A DNA stretch of 64,000 nt from Chloroflexota bacterium. Its GTDB lineage: Bacteria; Chloroflexota; Dormibacteria; Aeolococcales; Aeolococcaceae. Positions 39,881 to 48,955 of this stretch are shown piece after piece. The translations under genes were made by a program, and so were the position numbers. Under the pieces are notes generated by a model. It made no database searches. It was not told where the DNA came from and saw only the letters and a program-made list of their open reading frames with translations. Location: contig VBIQ01000005.1 in NCBI GenBank assembly GCA_005880985.1, positions 350,059-414,058 on the forward strand, written 5' to 3'. Position 1 is the first letter of the stretch. Each line of letters begins with the position of its first letter.

Positions 39881-40893
39881 CGACCGCCGATGAGCGGTGG
39901 TGGTGGCGACGCCCAGGCCTCGGGATTGACAGCATGCCTGGGCCTCCGGCCGGCGAGGGCGGCGACGGCGTTGTCGGCGCAGAGCTCCGCCATCGCGGCG
40001 CGGGTCCGCACCGTGGCGCTGCCCAGGTGGGGCGAGAGCACCGCGGTGTCGCAGTCGACCAGTCCCGGCGCGAGCCGAGGCTCGTCCTCGTAGACGTCGA
40101 GGCCGGCGCCGGCGATCCAGCCTTCGCGCAGCGCCACCGTCAGCGCCGCCTCGTCCACGACAGCGCCTCGTGCGGTGTTGATCAGCACCGCGGTGGGTTT
40201 CATGCGGCGCAGCGCGGTGGCGTCGATGAGGTGGTGGGTTGCGGCCGTGAGCGGCAGGTGCAGCGAGATCACGTCCGCCTCGCTCAGCAGGTCGGGCAAC
40301 GGCATCACCCGCACCCGCTCGCCCAGCTCGTCGGCGACCGGCCGCGGGGACGAGTGCTCGGCGGCGGCGACCCGCATCGAGAACCCCAGCGCTCGTCTGG
40401 CGACCGCCTGACCGATGCGACCGAAGCCGACGACCCCGAGCAGCGCGTCCTGCAGGTCGAGGCCGAGAAGGAACTCCGGCTCCCAGCCGGAGAAGCGGCC
40501 CTGGCGGACCCGGCGATCGCCCTCGCACAGCCGGCGCGCCGCGGCCAGGATCAGGCCCATGGCGCAGTCCGCGGTCGCGTCGGTCAGCACCCCTGGGGTG
40601 TTGGCGACGATCACGCCTCGAGCCGTCGCCGCGGACACGTCGACGTTGTCGTAGCCCACGGCGTAGGTGCACACCGCGCGCAGACGCGGTCGCCCGGCGT
40701 CCAGCACGTCGACGTCGATGCGGTCCCGGAGCTGCGGACAGAGCACGTCAACGCCCTCGCGGAGCGCCGCCTGCAGCTCGGTGACGGTGGGGATCCGGCC
40801 CATGACCCGCAGCTCGGCGACCGCCGCCAGGCGCGCCGGCCCCGGCTCTGGGAGCGCCAGCGTACAGAGGACGGTGCCGGCCACGGCCGTCAT
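39877..40893 (-). CDS. D-glycerate dehydrogenase/glyoxylate reductase (D-2-hydroxyacid dehydrogenase)
   Basis: AVGYDNVD, NTPGVLTDATAD, GFGRIG, INTARG, LDVYEDEP, PHLGSAT. Confidence 0.92.
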   Translation of the reverse strand: MTAVAGTVLCTLALPEPGPARLAAVAELRVMGRIPTVTELQAALREGVDVLCPQLRDRIDVDVLDAGRPRLRAVCTYAVGYDNVDVSAATARGVIVANTPGVLTDATADCAMGLILAAARRLCEGDRRVRQGRFSGWEPEFLLGLDLQDALLGVVGFGRIGQAVARRALGFSMRVAAAEHSSPRPVADELGERVRVMPLPDLLSEADVISLHLPLTAATHHLIDATALRRMKPTAVLINTARGAVVDEAALTVALREGWIAGAGLDVYEDEPRLAPGLVDCDTAVLSPHLGSATVRTRAAMAELCADNAVAALAGRRPRHAVNPEAWASPPPPLIGGR

Positions 40894-41046
40894 CGTAACC
40901 ACGGCGTGATCAGGGCGCGTGGTACACTGCAATTCGATTTGCGACGACGTTCCTCACTGCGGCCGGTACGGCCGCGCGTCGCTGGATCGCATTCCGCTCC
41001 GACGGCGGTTGATGCGATCGCGACGGCTGATCCCGACCCGGTCTTC

Positions 41047-42183
41047 GTGTTCCGCGAGCTCGGACTGAGCGACCACGTGCTCGCGGCGATCGCCGCGATG
41101 GGCTTCGAGGTGCCAACCCCGATCCAGGGACGGTCGATCCCGGTTGCGCTGGAAGGACGAGACCTCCTCGGCCAGGCCCACACCGGAAGCGGCAAGACGG
41201 CCGCCTTCGGCATCCCCATGGTGGAACGCCTCGATCCGGCCGGGCCCGCCGTGCAGGGACTGGTGCTCTGTCCCACCCGTGAGCTGGCGGTGCAGGTGGA
41301 GCAGGAGGTCTCCCGCATCGGCGCGGTGCGCGGGATCCGTTCTGTCGCCCTCTATGGCGGGGAGTCGATCCGCCGGCAGCTCGAGGCGTTGCGCTCCGGA
41401 CCGCACATCGTGGTGGCCACCCCGGGCCGTCTGCTGGACCACTGTCACCGCCATTCCATCTCGCTGGCCACGGTGCGCATCGCCGTCCTCGACGAAGCCG
41501 ACCGCATGCTCGACATGGGTTTCGCACCCGACGTCGAGCGGATCCTCAGCAAGTGCCCGGCGCAGCGTCAGACGCTGCTCTTCAGCGCCACCATCGCCGA
41601 CTGGGTGACGCGGCTGGCCCATCGCTACATGCACGAGCCCGTCTCCGTCTCGGTGAGCGTGCGCCCGGAGATCCCCTCGACGGTGCGCCAGCTCTACCTG
41701 CAGACCAGTTGGGCCGACAAGGTGGACGCGCTCTGCCGCATCGTCGACCAGCCCCACGTGCGGATGGCGCTGATCTTCGCCGAGACCAAGCGCAACGCCG
41801 ACCTGCTGCAGGCCCAGCTGGTGCGCCGTGGCTACGCGGTCGGGTTGCTCCACGGCGATCTCTCCCAGCGGGAACGCGACCAGGCGATGGCCGGCTTCCG
41901 CGACAGTAGCCTGCGGCTGCTGATCGCCACCAACGTGGCGGCCCGCGGACTGGACATCGAGGACATCACCCACGTGATCAACTTCGACGTGCCGCTGACG
42001 CCGGAGGAGTATCTGCACCGCGTCGGTCGCACCGCCCGTGCCGGCCGTGAGGGCGTGGCCATCACCCTGATCACGCCGAGCGAGATCCTCAAGCTGAGAA
42101 GCGTGGAGCGCACCGCTCGGACCCACATCGAGCCGGCCTCACTCGACGACTTCCCCGCCATCGCCCGCGCCGCCACGGCGTAA
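41047..42183 (+). CDS. DEAD-box RNA helicase
   Basis: PTPIQ, TGSGKT, PTRELA, LDEADRMLDMGF, FSAT, HRVGRTAR; start uncertain. Confidence 0.94.
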   Translation: MFRELGLSDHVLAAIAAMGFEVPTPIQGRSIPVALEGRDLLGQAHTGSGKTAAFGIPMVERLDPAGPAVQGLVLCPTRELAVQVEQEVSRIGAVRGIRSVALYGGESIRRQLEALRSGPHIVVATPGRLLDHCHRHSISLATVRIAVLDEADRMLDMGFAPDVERILSKCPAQRQTLLFSATIADWVTRLAHRYMHEPVSVSVSVRPEIPSTVRQLYLQTSWADKVDALCRIVDQPHVRMALIFAETKRNADLLQAQLVRRGYAVGLLHGDLSQRERDQAMAGFRDSSLRLLIATNVAARGLDIEDITHVINFDVPLTPEEYLHRVGRTARAGREGVAITLITPSEILKLRSVERTARTHIEPASLDDFPAIARAATA

Positions 42184-42193
42184 TCTTCGGCGG

Positions 42194-42976
42194 ATGCCGG
42201 CGCCGCCCTTCCTGCACGACACCGGTGAGGGACGAGCGATCCTCCTGCTTCATGCCTTCCCCGTCGACGCCTCGCAGTGGGATGCGCAGGTGGCGGCGTT
42301 CAGTGACCGCTACCGATGCCTGCGCCCCGACGCCTTCGGCTGCGGCTCCTCGCCACCGCCGCCGCCACAGCTGACCCTCGACGCGGTGGCCGCCTCGGTG
42401 ATGGCTGCGCTCGACTCCATGGGGGTCGACGAGCTGGCGGTGGTGGGACTGTCGATGGGCGGCTACACCGCCTTCGCGCTGCTGCGACAGCACTCGTCGC
42501 GCATCCGTGCCCTGGTCCTCGCCGACACCCGCGCCGGAGCCGACAGCGATGCCGCGCGCGCCGACCGCAGATCGGTGGCCGAGCGGGTGCGCGCCGAGGG
42601 CGTGGAGTGGCTCGTCGAGCCGATGTGCGAGCGCCTGCTCGCCCCGGCATCGCTGGCCGAAGCCCACGTCGTCGATCCGGTGCGCGCGCGCATCCTCCGA
42701 TGCCGCCCGGAGGGAGTGGCGGCCTGTCAGGAGGCGATGGCGGCGCGTCCCGACAGCACCGGCATGCTGGCCGGCATCGCGGTGCCCACCCTGGTGATCG
42801 CCGGCGAGCTCGACATCGTCACCCCGCCTGCCGAGGCCAGTCAGATGGCGCAGGCGATCCCCGGAGCCGGCGTCGAGATCATCGGCGGGGCCGGCCACCT
42901 CAGCAACCTCGAGCGGCCCGACGACTTCACCACAGCGGTGAGCTCGTTCCTCGACGAGGCGTACCCGGCCGGCTAG
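42194..42976 (+). CDS. Alpha/beta hydrolase (PcaD-like)
   Basis: LLHAFP, GLSMGG nucleophile elbow, GELD, AGHLSNLE. Confidence 0.9.
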   Translation: MPAPPFLHDTGEGRAILLLHAFPVDASQWDAQVAAFSDRYRCLRPDAFGCGSSPPPPPQLTLDAVAASVMAALDSMGVDELAVVGLSMGGYTAFALLRQHSSRIRALVLADTRAGADSDAARADRRSVAERVRAEGVEWLVEPMCERLLAPASLAEAHVVDPVRARILRCRPEGVAACQEAMAARPDSTGMLAGIAVPTLVIAGELDIVTPPAEASQMAQAIPGAGVEIIGGAGHLSNLERPDDFTTAVSSFLDEAYPAG

Positions 42977-42985
42977 CGGGCGCCG

Positions 42986-44191
42986 TCAGCGAGCCGCGGC
43001 GGCGGCGGCGACCTCGGTCGGCACCGCGTTCGGGCTCATGCAGAACCCCTCGTAGTCGATGGGCTCGGTGATGGTGGGGTTCTCGCCGCACACCGGGCAG
43101 TGCGGATCGCGCGGCACCCGGAACTCGCGGAACCTCATGTCGAGCGCGTCGACGGTCAGCAGGCGCCCGCTGAGCGGCTCGCCGCTGCCGATGATCAGCT
43201 TGATCACCTCGGTGGCCTGCAGGATGCCGACGATCCCCGGCAGCACCCCGAGCACTCCCGCCTCGGCGCACGAGGGCGCCTCCTCCGGCGGCGGTGGCGC
43301 CGGGTAGCGGCAGCGGTAGCACGGCGAGGCGAAGGGCAGCACCGTGGTCACCTGGCCGTCGAAGCGGAAGATGCCGCCGTCGACCAGCGGCTTGCGGGCG
43401 AACAGCGCCGCGTCGTTGGCGAGGTAGCGGGTGGGGAAGTTGTCGCACCCGTTGACGATGACGTCGTACCGGGAGAAGAGATCGACGGCATTCTCGGAGC
43501 TGAGCATCTCGCGATGCTCCACCACACGGACGTCAGGATTGAGCGCGTTGATGGCAATCCTGGCCGATTCCGTCTTGGGCATGCCGACCCGGTCGACGGT
43601 GTGGATCACCTGCCGCTGCAGATTGCTGACGTCGACGAGGTCGAAGTCGACCAGCCCGATGGTGCCGACCCCGGCGGCGGCCAGGTAGAGGGCGGCGGGG
43701 GAGCCGAGGCCACCGGCGCCGATGAGGAGCACGCTGGCGTCGAGGAGCTTGCGCTGTCCCTCCTCGCCGACCTCGGGGACCAGCAGATGGCGGCTGTACC
43801 GCTGCTTCTGCTCCGGGCTCAGGGCGCGGGGGATGACGAAGGGATGGTTGTGCGACTTCCAGGCGCCGAAGCCCCCCGCCATCGACTCGACGTCGGTGTA
43901 CCCCATGCGGCTGATCGACTCGGCCGCGAGCAGCGACCGGGCTCCACCCGCGCAGTAGAGGGTGATCGGGGTGTCGCGATCGGGCACCCGGTCCTCGATC
44001 TGGGTCTCGATGAAGCCCTTGCTGAGGTGCATGGCGCCGGGGAGGTGACCCTCCTCGAACTCATGGCGCTCGCGCACGTCGATGAGCAGCCGGCCCGCAC
44101 CGTCCGCGCCGCGGCGGGCAACCTCCTCGGGGCTGACCTCGGGAACGACCGCCCGAGCGGCCGCCAGCAGGTCGCGGGAGGTCTGGGGCAT
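42986..44191 (-). CDS. moeB: Rhodanese-MoeB/ThiF adenylyltransferase fusion (MoeZ-like)
   Basis: N-terminal rhodanese YCAGGARS; RYSRH, GAGGLG, SNLQRQ, CYRC, CPVC. Confidence 0.92.
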   Translation of the reverse strand: MPQTSRDLLAAARAVVPEVSPEEVARRGADGAGRLLIDVRERHEFEEGHLPGAMHLSKGFIETQIEDRVPDRDTPITLYCAGGARSLLAAESISRMGYTDVESMAGGFGAWKSHNHPFVIPRALSPEQKQRYSRHLLVPEVGEEGQRKLLDASVLLIGAGGLGSPAALYLAAAGVGTIGLVDFDLVDVSNLQRQVIHTVDRVGMPKTESARIAINALNPDVRVVEHREMLSSENAVDLFSRYDVIVNGCDNFPTRYLANDAALFARKPLVDGGIFRFDGQVTTVLPFASPCYRCRYPAPPPPEEAPSCAEAGVLGVLPGIVGILQATEVIKLIIGSGEPLSGRLLTVDALDMRFREFRVPRDPHCPVCGENPTITEPIDYEGFCMSPNAVPTEVAAAAAAR

Positions 44192-44270
44192 CGTGGTGGG
44201 CCTCGTCGTGTCCGGCTCCGGGCTCTCACTCCCCGCCGCCGGCCGGTGCGGTGGCGGATTTAGTCGATCC

Positions 44271-44280
44271 ACATTATCAA
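44271..44280 (-). promoter_or_regulatory. Extended -10-like element in an AT-rich patch upstream of moeB
   Basis: Minus strand TTGATAATGT (TG-n-TAATGT). Confidence 0.35.
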
Positions 44281-44330
44281 CAATCCTCGCGCCCGCCAAA
44301 CCCAGCCGGAGCCGGGCGAATCGGCCCCGG

Positions 44331-45200
44331 CTACCGCGGTCGGGTGGAGAGGAAGGTCGCGGTGATGTCGCTGGTGTACGCCCCCAGGGCGGTGGCGAAG
44401 CTGCTGGTGGAGTGGGTGAACACCGCCAGGTGGAGCGCGGGCGACCAGTCGGCCTCCTGAAAGACCAGCGATCCCCGGTAGGCGACGCCCATGGCGGTTC
44501 CGGCGAAGTCGAAGCGCCCGCTCAGCTGCCAGGTGCTGACCGGCTGCCCGCCGATCGACACCGTCTTGGGCGCCACCACCTGGCCGGAGTACGTCCCGCT
44601 GCCGCCCTGGTAGGTGAACGACCCCTGGAAGGTGGAGCCGGGACGCAGCTGACCCGGGATCAGCACCGCCGGCGGTGAGGGGTTCAGCACGAACTGGCCG
44701 CTGGGACCGTTGCGTCGCAGCGAGAGCAGCTCGACGGTGCCATCGGCGGTGGTGAGGTTGCTGAAGTCGGCCGAACCGCCGCTCGACTGGGGGATGTGGT
44801 CGACCTGCTCGGTCCCGCCCGCCGCCGCCGCCGGCGCGTCGTAGGTGATGGCCGTCCGCCCCGGCGGCGGGCTCGAACCCTTCGGCCCGGTCTCGCTGCC
44901 CTCGATGTCCACCGGGTAGACGCCGGACGCGGCGGCGGTGGCGGCGGAAGCCGCCCCGCCGGCGGCCGCCCCGCGGTTTCCCGGGACGCCACCATCCGCC
45001 GCCCGGGCAGAGGGAGTTGCGGCCCGGCCCGGGGCCTGCCCCGGAGCGGAAGCGGAGGCGGCGCCGGGGAGGGTCGCCGAGGAGGTGGCCCCCGTCCCCG
45101 AGCGGGCACCGCCCTGGGGCGCCACCGCCGCTCCACCGCCGCAGGCGGCAAGAAGCAGGGCGGTCGCGAGCGCGGCGGGAACCCTTCCCCCGAGATGCAC
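44331..45200 (-). CDS. Hypothetical lipoprotein
   Basis: GGAGG then GTG; LLLAAC lipobox, Ala/Gly linker, beta-rich C-terminal domain. Confidence 0.72.
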   Translation of the reverse strand: MHLGGRVPAALATALLLAACGGGAAVAPQGGARSGTGATSSATLPGAASASAPGQAPGRAATPSARAADGGVPGNRGAAAGGAASAATAAASGVYPVDIEGSETGPKGSSPPPGRTAITYDAPAAAAGGTEQVDHIPQSSGGSADFSNLTTADGTVELLSLRRNGPSGQFVLNPSPPAVLIPGQLRPGSTFQGSFTYQGGSGTYSGQVVAPKTVSIGGQPVSTWQLSGRFDFAGTAMGVAYRGSLVFQEADWSPALHLAVFTHSTSSFATALGAYTSDITATFLSTRPR

Positions 45201-45238
45201 GCCTCCATGGTGCCTCGCCCGCCCTACAGTCGGCTGCG

Positions 45239-45385
45239 ATGCCCGACCTGCGATTCGACGACCCGCTTCCCGAACGGCTGCCGGTGCCGCGCCCGCGCGG
45301 GTGGTTCGAGCTCTTCTGCTGCACCACCGTGCTGCTGGTCTTCGCCGGCGTCCTGATCGCCATCGCCCTGCTGTCGTCCCGCTGA
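45239..45385 (+). CDS. 48-aa single-TM small protein coupled to murE
   Basis: TACAGT 8 nt before ATG; MPDLRFDD...WFELFCCTTVLLVFAGVLIAIALLSSR; TGATG overlap with murE. Confidence 0.6.
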   Translation: MPDLRFDDPLPERLPVPRPRGWFELFCCTTVLLVFAGVLIAIALLSSR

Positions 45386-46935
45386 TGGACCGCGCTGAAG
45401 AGAATCGCTCCATGCCGAGGTCGCTGGGCCGGCTGCTTGCCGCCGCGGGGCTGACCGTGCCGCGCGATGCCGACGAGGTCGAGGTGGCGCGGGTGGTCTA
45501 CGACTCGCGCCGCGCCGCGCCGGGGTCGCTCTTCGTCGCCATCCCCGGCACTCACGTCGACGGTCACGCGTTCGCACGCGAGGCGGTGCTCGGGGGTGCG
45601 GTCGCGGTGGTGGCGGAGCACACTCCCCAGCCCGAGCTGCCACCGGGGGTGCCCCTGATCCTGGCCGCCGACAGCCGGGCGGCGCTGGCTCCGCTGGCGG
45701 CCGCCGCCTGCGACCACCCCTCGCGCTCGCTCTGCGTCGCCGGCGTCACCGGCACCGACGGCAAGACCACCACCACCACCATGCTCCACGCCGCGTGGCG
45801 CGGCGCCGGCATCGCCGCCGGCAGCCTGAGCACCATCGATTTCCGCGACCTCGACGAGGTGGTGCCGAACCCGACCCGGCAGACCACCCTCGAAGCCTCC
45901 GATCTGCAGGAGCGCATGCGAGGGCTGCTCGCTCGCGGGCGCACCCATGTGGCCCTCGAGACCTCGAGTCACGCGCTCTCGCTGCATCGCGTCGACGCGA
46001 TCGACTTCCGGGCGGCGGTGTACACCCGCATCACCTCGGAGCACCTCGACTTCCACCACACCCGGGAGGAGTACCTCGCCAGCAAGCGGTCGCTGCTCGA
46101 ACGCGTCGCCAGCGGCGCCGGCGGCATCGTCGTGCTCGATCGCGACGACGACTTCGCGTTTCCCCAGCTGGCGGCGCTGCCGGTGCCGACGCGCCTCACC
46201 TACAGCCTGGCGGGCGTCGCCGACGCCGACCTGGTGGCGGAGTCGGTGCAGGTGGACGTCGGTGGCATCCACCTGGTGGCCCGCACGCCCTGGGGGACGG
46301 TGCCACTGAGGCTCCGCCTGTCCGGTCGATTCAACGCCGGCAATGCGCTCGCCGCGCTCGCCGCGGCCTGTGCGACGGGTGCTGCGCTCGAGGGCGCTGC
46401 CGCCGGACTGGCAGGGCTGGAGCGCGTCAGCGGCCGCATGGAGGCCGTCGCGCTGGGGCAGGAGTTCGGCGTGGTCATCGATTACGCCCACACTGCCGAG
46501 GCATTGCGGTCGGTCCTCGCCGAGCTTCGGGCGGCGACGGCGGGCCGGCTGTGGGCGGTCTTCGGCTCGGCGGGAGAACGCGATCGGGAGAAGCGCCCCG
46601 CCATGGGCGCAGTGGCGGCGCGGCTGTGCGACCGGATCGTGCTCTGCGACGAGGATCCTCGCGAGGAGGACCGGACGGCGATCATCGCCGACATCGCCGA
46701 GGGTGCTCGCGCGGCGGGCGCCCGGGACGGCGAGACGCTCTTCCTCATCCCCGACCGTGACGCCGCCATCGCGTTCGCCATCGACGGCTGTGGCGCGGGC
46801 GACACCGTGCTGCTCGCCGGCAAGGGACACGAGAGGTCGATTCTCAGCGGCGCGCGAACCGTTCCCTGGGACGAGCGCGGCGCCGCCGAGGCGGCGCTTC
46901 GACGGCGGCTGGCGCGGGCGGGCACGCCGTCGTAG
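45385..46935 (+). CDS. murE: UDP-N-acetylmuramoyl-tripeptide synthetase
   Basis: DSRR, GVTGTDGKTTT, ETSSH, EHLDFH, DYAHT, GERDREKRPAMG, EDPR, AGKGHE; alternative start 45412. Confidence 0.95.
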   Translation: MDRAEENRSMPRSLGRLLAAAGLTVPRDADEVEVARVVYDSRRAAPGSLFVAIPGTHVDGHAFAREAVLGGAVAVVAEHTPQPELPPGVPLILAADSRAALAPLAAAACDHPSRSLCVAGVTGTDGKTTTTTMLHAAWRGAGIAAGSLSTIDFRDLDEVVPNPTRQTTLEASDLQERMRGLLARGRTHVALETSSHALSLHRVDAIDFRAAVYTRITSEHLDFHHTREEYLASKRSLLERVASGAGGIVVLDRDDDFAFPQLAALPVPTRLTYSLAGVADADLVAESVQVDVGGIHLVARTPWGTVPLRLRLSGRFNAGNALAALAAACATGAALEGAAAGLAGLERVSGRMEAVALGQEFGVVIDYAHTAEALRSVLAELRAATAGRLWAVFGSAGERDREKRPAMGAVAARLCDRIVLCDEDPREEDRTAIIADIAEGARAAGARDGETLFLIPDRDAAIAFAIDGCGAGDTVLLAGKGHERSILSGARTVPWDERGAAEAALRRRLARAGTPS

Positions 46936-46976
46936 CATCGCCAGGGCAGGTGCCTCGGTACGGAGGGCGCGCGTCG

Positions 46977-47276
46977 ATGACGGCCTGGGACAAACGCGTA
47001 CGCACCCTGACCCTGCACGGGGTCGAGCAGAACATGGCGCTGGGGGCGAGGTACTTCCGTTTCGAGGTGCTGGGATTAGACTCCTCCGTCGATCCCGCCC
47101 CGCACCGGCTGCCCGCCGCCGTCCAGGTGCTCGAGGAGGTCGGCAGCCACGGCCGCTGCGTCATCGTTCTCCCCGACGAGCGGCGCGTCGCGCTGTACGC
47201 GGTGCATCCCGAGAGCGGGGCCCCCGAGGTCGTCTGGTACGAGCGCACCGAGCGGATCCAGGCCAGCCGCCGCTGA
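46977..47276 (+). CDS. Hypothetical protein
   Basis: GGAGG RBS before ATG 46977; coding-like composition; fills the gap between murE and rsmG. Confidence 0.6.
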   Translation: MTAWDKRVRTLTLHGVEQNMALGARYFRFEVLGLDSSVDPAPHRLPAAVQVLEEVGSHGRCVIVLPDERRVALYAVHPESGAPEVVWYERTERIQASRR

Positions 47277-47277
47277 T

Positions 47278-47978
47278 TCAGCCCAGCGGCCGCCGCGCCG
47301 GGACGCCGGAGCGGCGCGGAAACCGGTCGGGCGTCGGCCGCTCCTTGGTCACCACCAGGATGCCGTCCCTCGCCGCCCTCGGAACCCCCCCGCCACATTG
47401 CCGGGCGGCGACCTCCGCCTGGAGCACGGCTGCCTCGGCGTCTCCGACGAGGGCGGTGAGCAGTCCGCCGACTCTCAGCAGCGGCAGCGCCAGCTCGCAG
47501 AGCGTCCCGGGGGCGGCGGTGGCCCGCGAGGTGGCCAGGTCGAATCGCTCCCGCAGCTCTGGGTCGCGCCCGACATCCTCTGCTCGCCGCCGCGCCACGG
47601 CGACCGCGCCCAGCCGCAGCATCCCGGCCACGTGGACCAGGAAGGCCGCCTTGCGGGCATCGGCTTCGATCAGCAGCAGGCGGAGATCGGGTCGCAGGAC
47701 GGAGATGGGGATCGCCGGTGCTCCGCCACCGGAACCGACGTCGACCAGGCGCGACCGGGGCGCCGGGGCCGCCGCCTCGAGCAGTCCCATGCTCTCCTCG
47801 ACGTGCCTGCCCCAGGCCAGCTCGCGGGGAACCGCGGTCAGGTTGACGCGAGGGTTCCAGAGGTAGAGCTCATCCAGCCAGCGCTCGAGGAGGGCTCGCT
47901 CCGCCGGCGAGAGAGACGCGCTCAGCTGGATGCCTTGCCCGGGGCCAACGCCCGCCCCGGCGGAGGGACGGCCGGCAT
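47278..47978 (-). CDS. rsmG: 16S rRNA m7G527 methyltransferase (5' end frameshifted as given)
   Basis: WNPRVNLTA...HVEES, DVGSGGGAP, RERFDLATSRA, FPRRSGVP. The in-frame N-terminus has no start codon; ATG 47978 is one base out of frame. Confidence 0.85.
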
Positions 47979-48131
47979 GCCGCCGACGCTACACCGGAGT
48001 CGCGCGCCGGCGCCGGGCCCGAGACCGGGGCGGCGGCGCGCGCGGCCTCGCCGGCACCGGGTCCCCGCAACGCAGGCGCCCGTGCCATCATTCCGACGAC
48101 GGTCGAGGGGAATCGGCAGCTGGAGAGAAGG

Positions 48132-48320
48132 ATGGCGACACCGGTGCCGTGCCCGCGTTGCAGCTCGCCGCGTCTGGCGGTGATCTACTACGACGCCGAC
48201 GGCAAGCCTCTCGGTGGTCATCACGAGTGCGCTGAGTGCGGGCCTCGTCACGCCGTCAAACTGGTGCCTCTGCCGCGACCGGCGGTGCGCCGGCAGCTGC
48301 TCGAGCGCAAGGCGTCCTGA
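48132..48320 (+). CDS. Small zinc-ribbon protein
   Basis: GGAGAGAAGG RBS; CPRC...CAEC. Confidence 0.65.
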   Translation: MATPVPCPRCSSPRLAVIYYDADGKPLGGHHECAECGPRHAVKLVPLPRPAVRRQLLERKAS

Positions 48321-48403
48321 GACCGGCTCACACCGCTGCGAGTCCACGCTGACGTCGGCGTGGCAAAGGGGGTACAGTCGCCCGGCGTTCGTGCATCGGG
48401 AGG

Positions 48404-48856
48404 ATGAGACCGCCAATGGGTCAGGTTCGCGACGACGTCGTCACCACCGTCGAACGCTCACCCCTGTTCGCCGGATTCCCACGCAAGCAGCTCCAGGAGA
48501 TGGTGCAGCGCTTCGATGACCAGACCTTTCTCGCTGAGCACGGAGTGGTCAGCGAAGGCATGCACGGCATGGAGTTCTTCCTCATCCTCGAGGGCTCGGC
48601 CGAGGTGGTGGTCGACGGGACCGTCCTCGCCACACTCCAGCCCGGCGATTTCTTCGGCGAGGTCGCCGCTCTCGACGACGGGCCACGCACAGCCTCGGTG
48701 CGCACCGCCACCAAACTGCGCTGCCTCGGGCTTCCCAACCGAACCTTCAAGCAGTTCCTGCTCGACTATCCACTCTTCGCAGTCAACATGCTTCCCACGG
48801 TGGTGCGCCGGTTCCGCGCGGTGATGACATCCGCCAAGAGCCAGCGCCTGCCGTAG
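48404..48856 (+). CDS. Stand-alone cyclic nucleotide-binding domain protein
   Basis: FFLILEGSAEV, GDFFGEVAALDDGPRTASV phosphate-binding cassette; no HTH. Confidence 0.88.
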   Translation: MRPPMGQVRDDVVTTVERSPLFAGFPRKQLQEMVQRFDDQTFLAEHGVVSEGMHGMEFFLILEGSAEVVVDGTVLATLQPGDFFGEVAALDDGPRTASVRTATKLRCLGLPNRTFKQFLLDYPLFAVNMLPTVVRRFRAVMTSAKSQRLP

Positions 48857-48955
48857 CGATGCACTCCTTCGCGGGCCAGATCTGTCGGCGGCGGCCAGGC
48901 CGGCGCGTCCCTCGCCGCGCTCGTCCACCAGCCCGTTAGTGGGCCGCTGGGCAGG

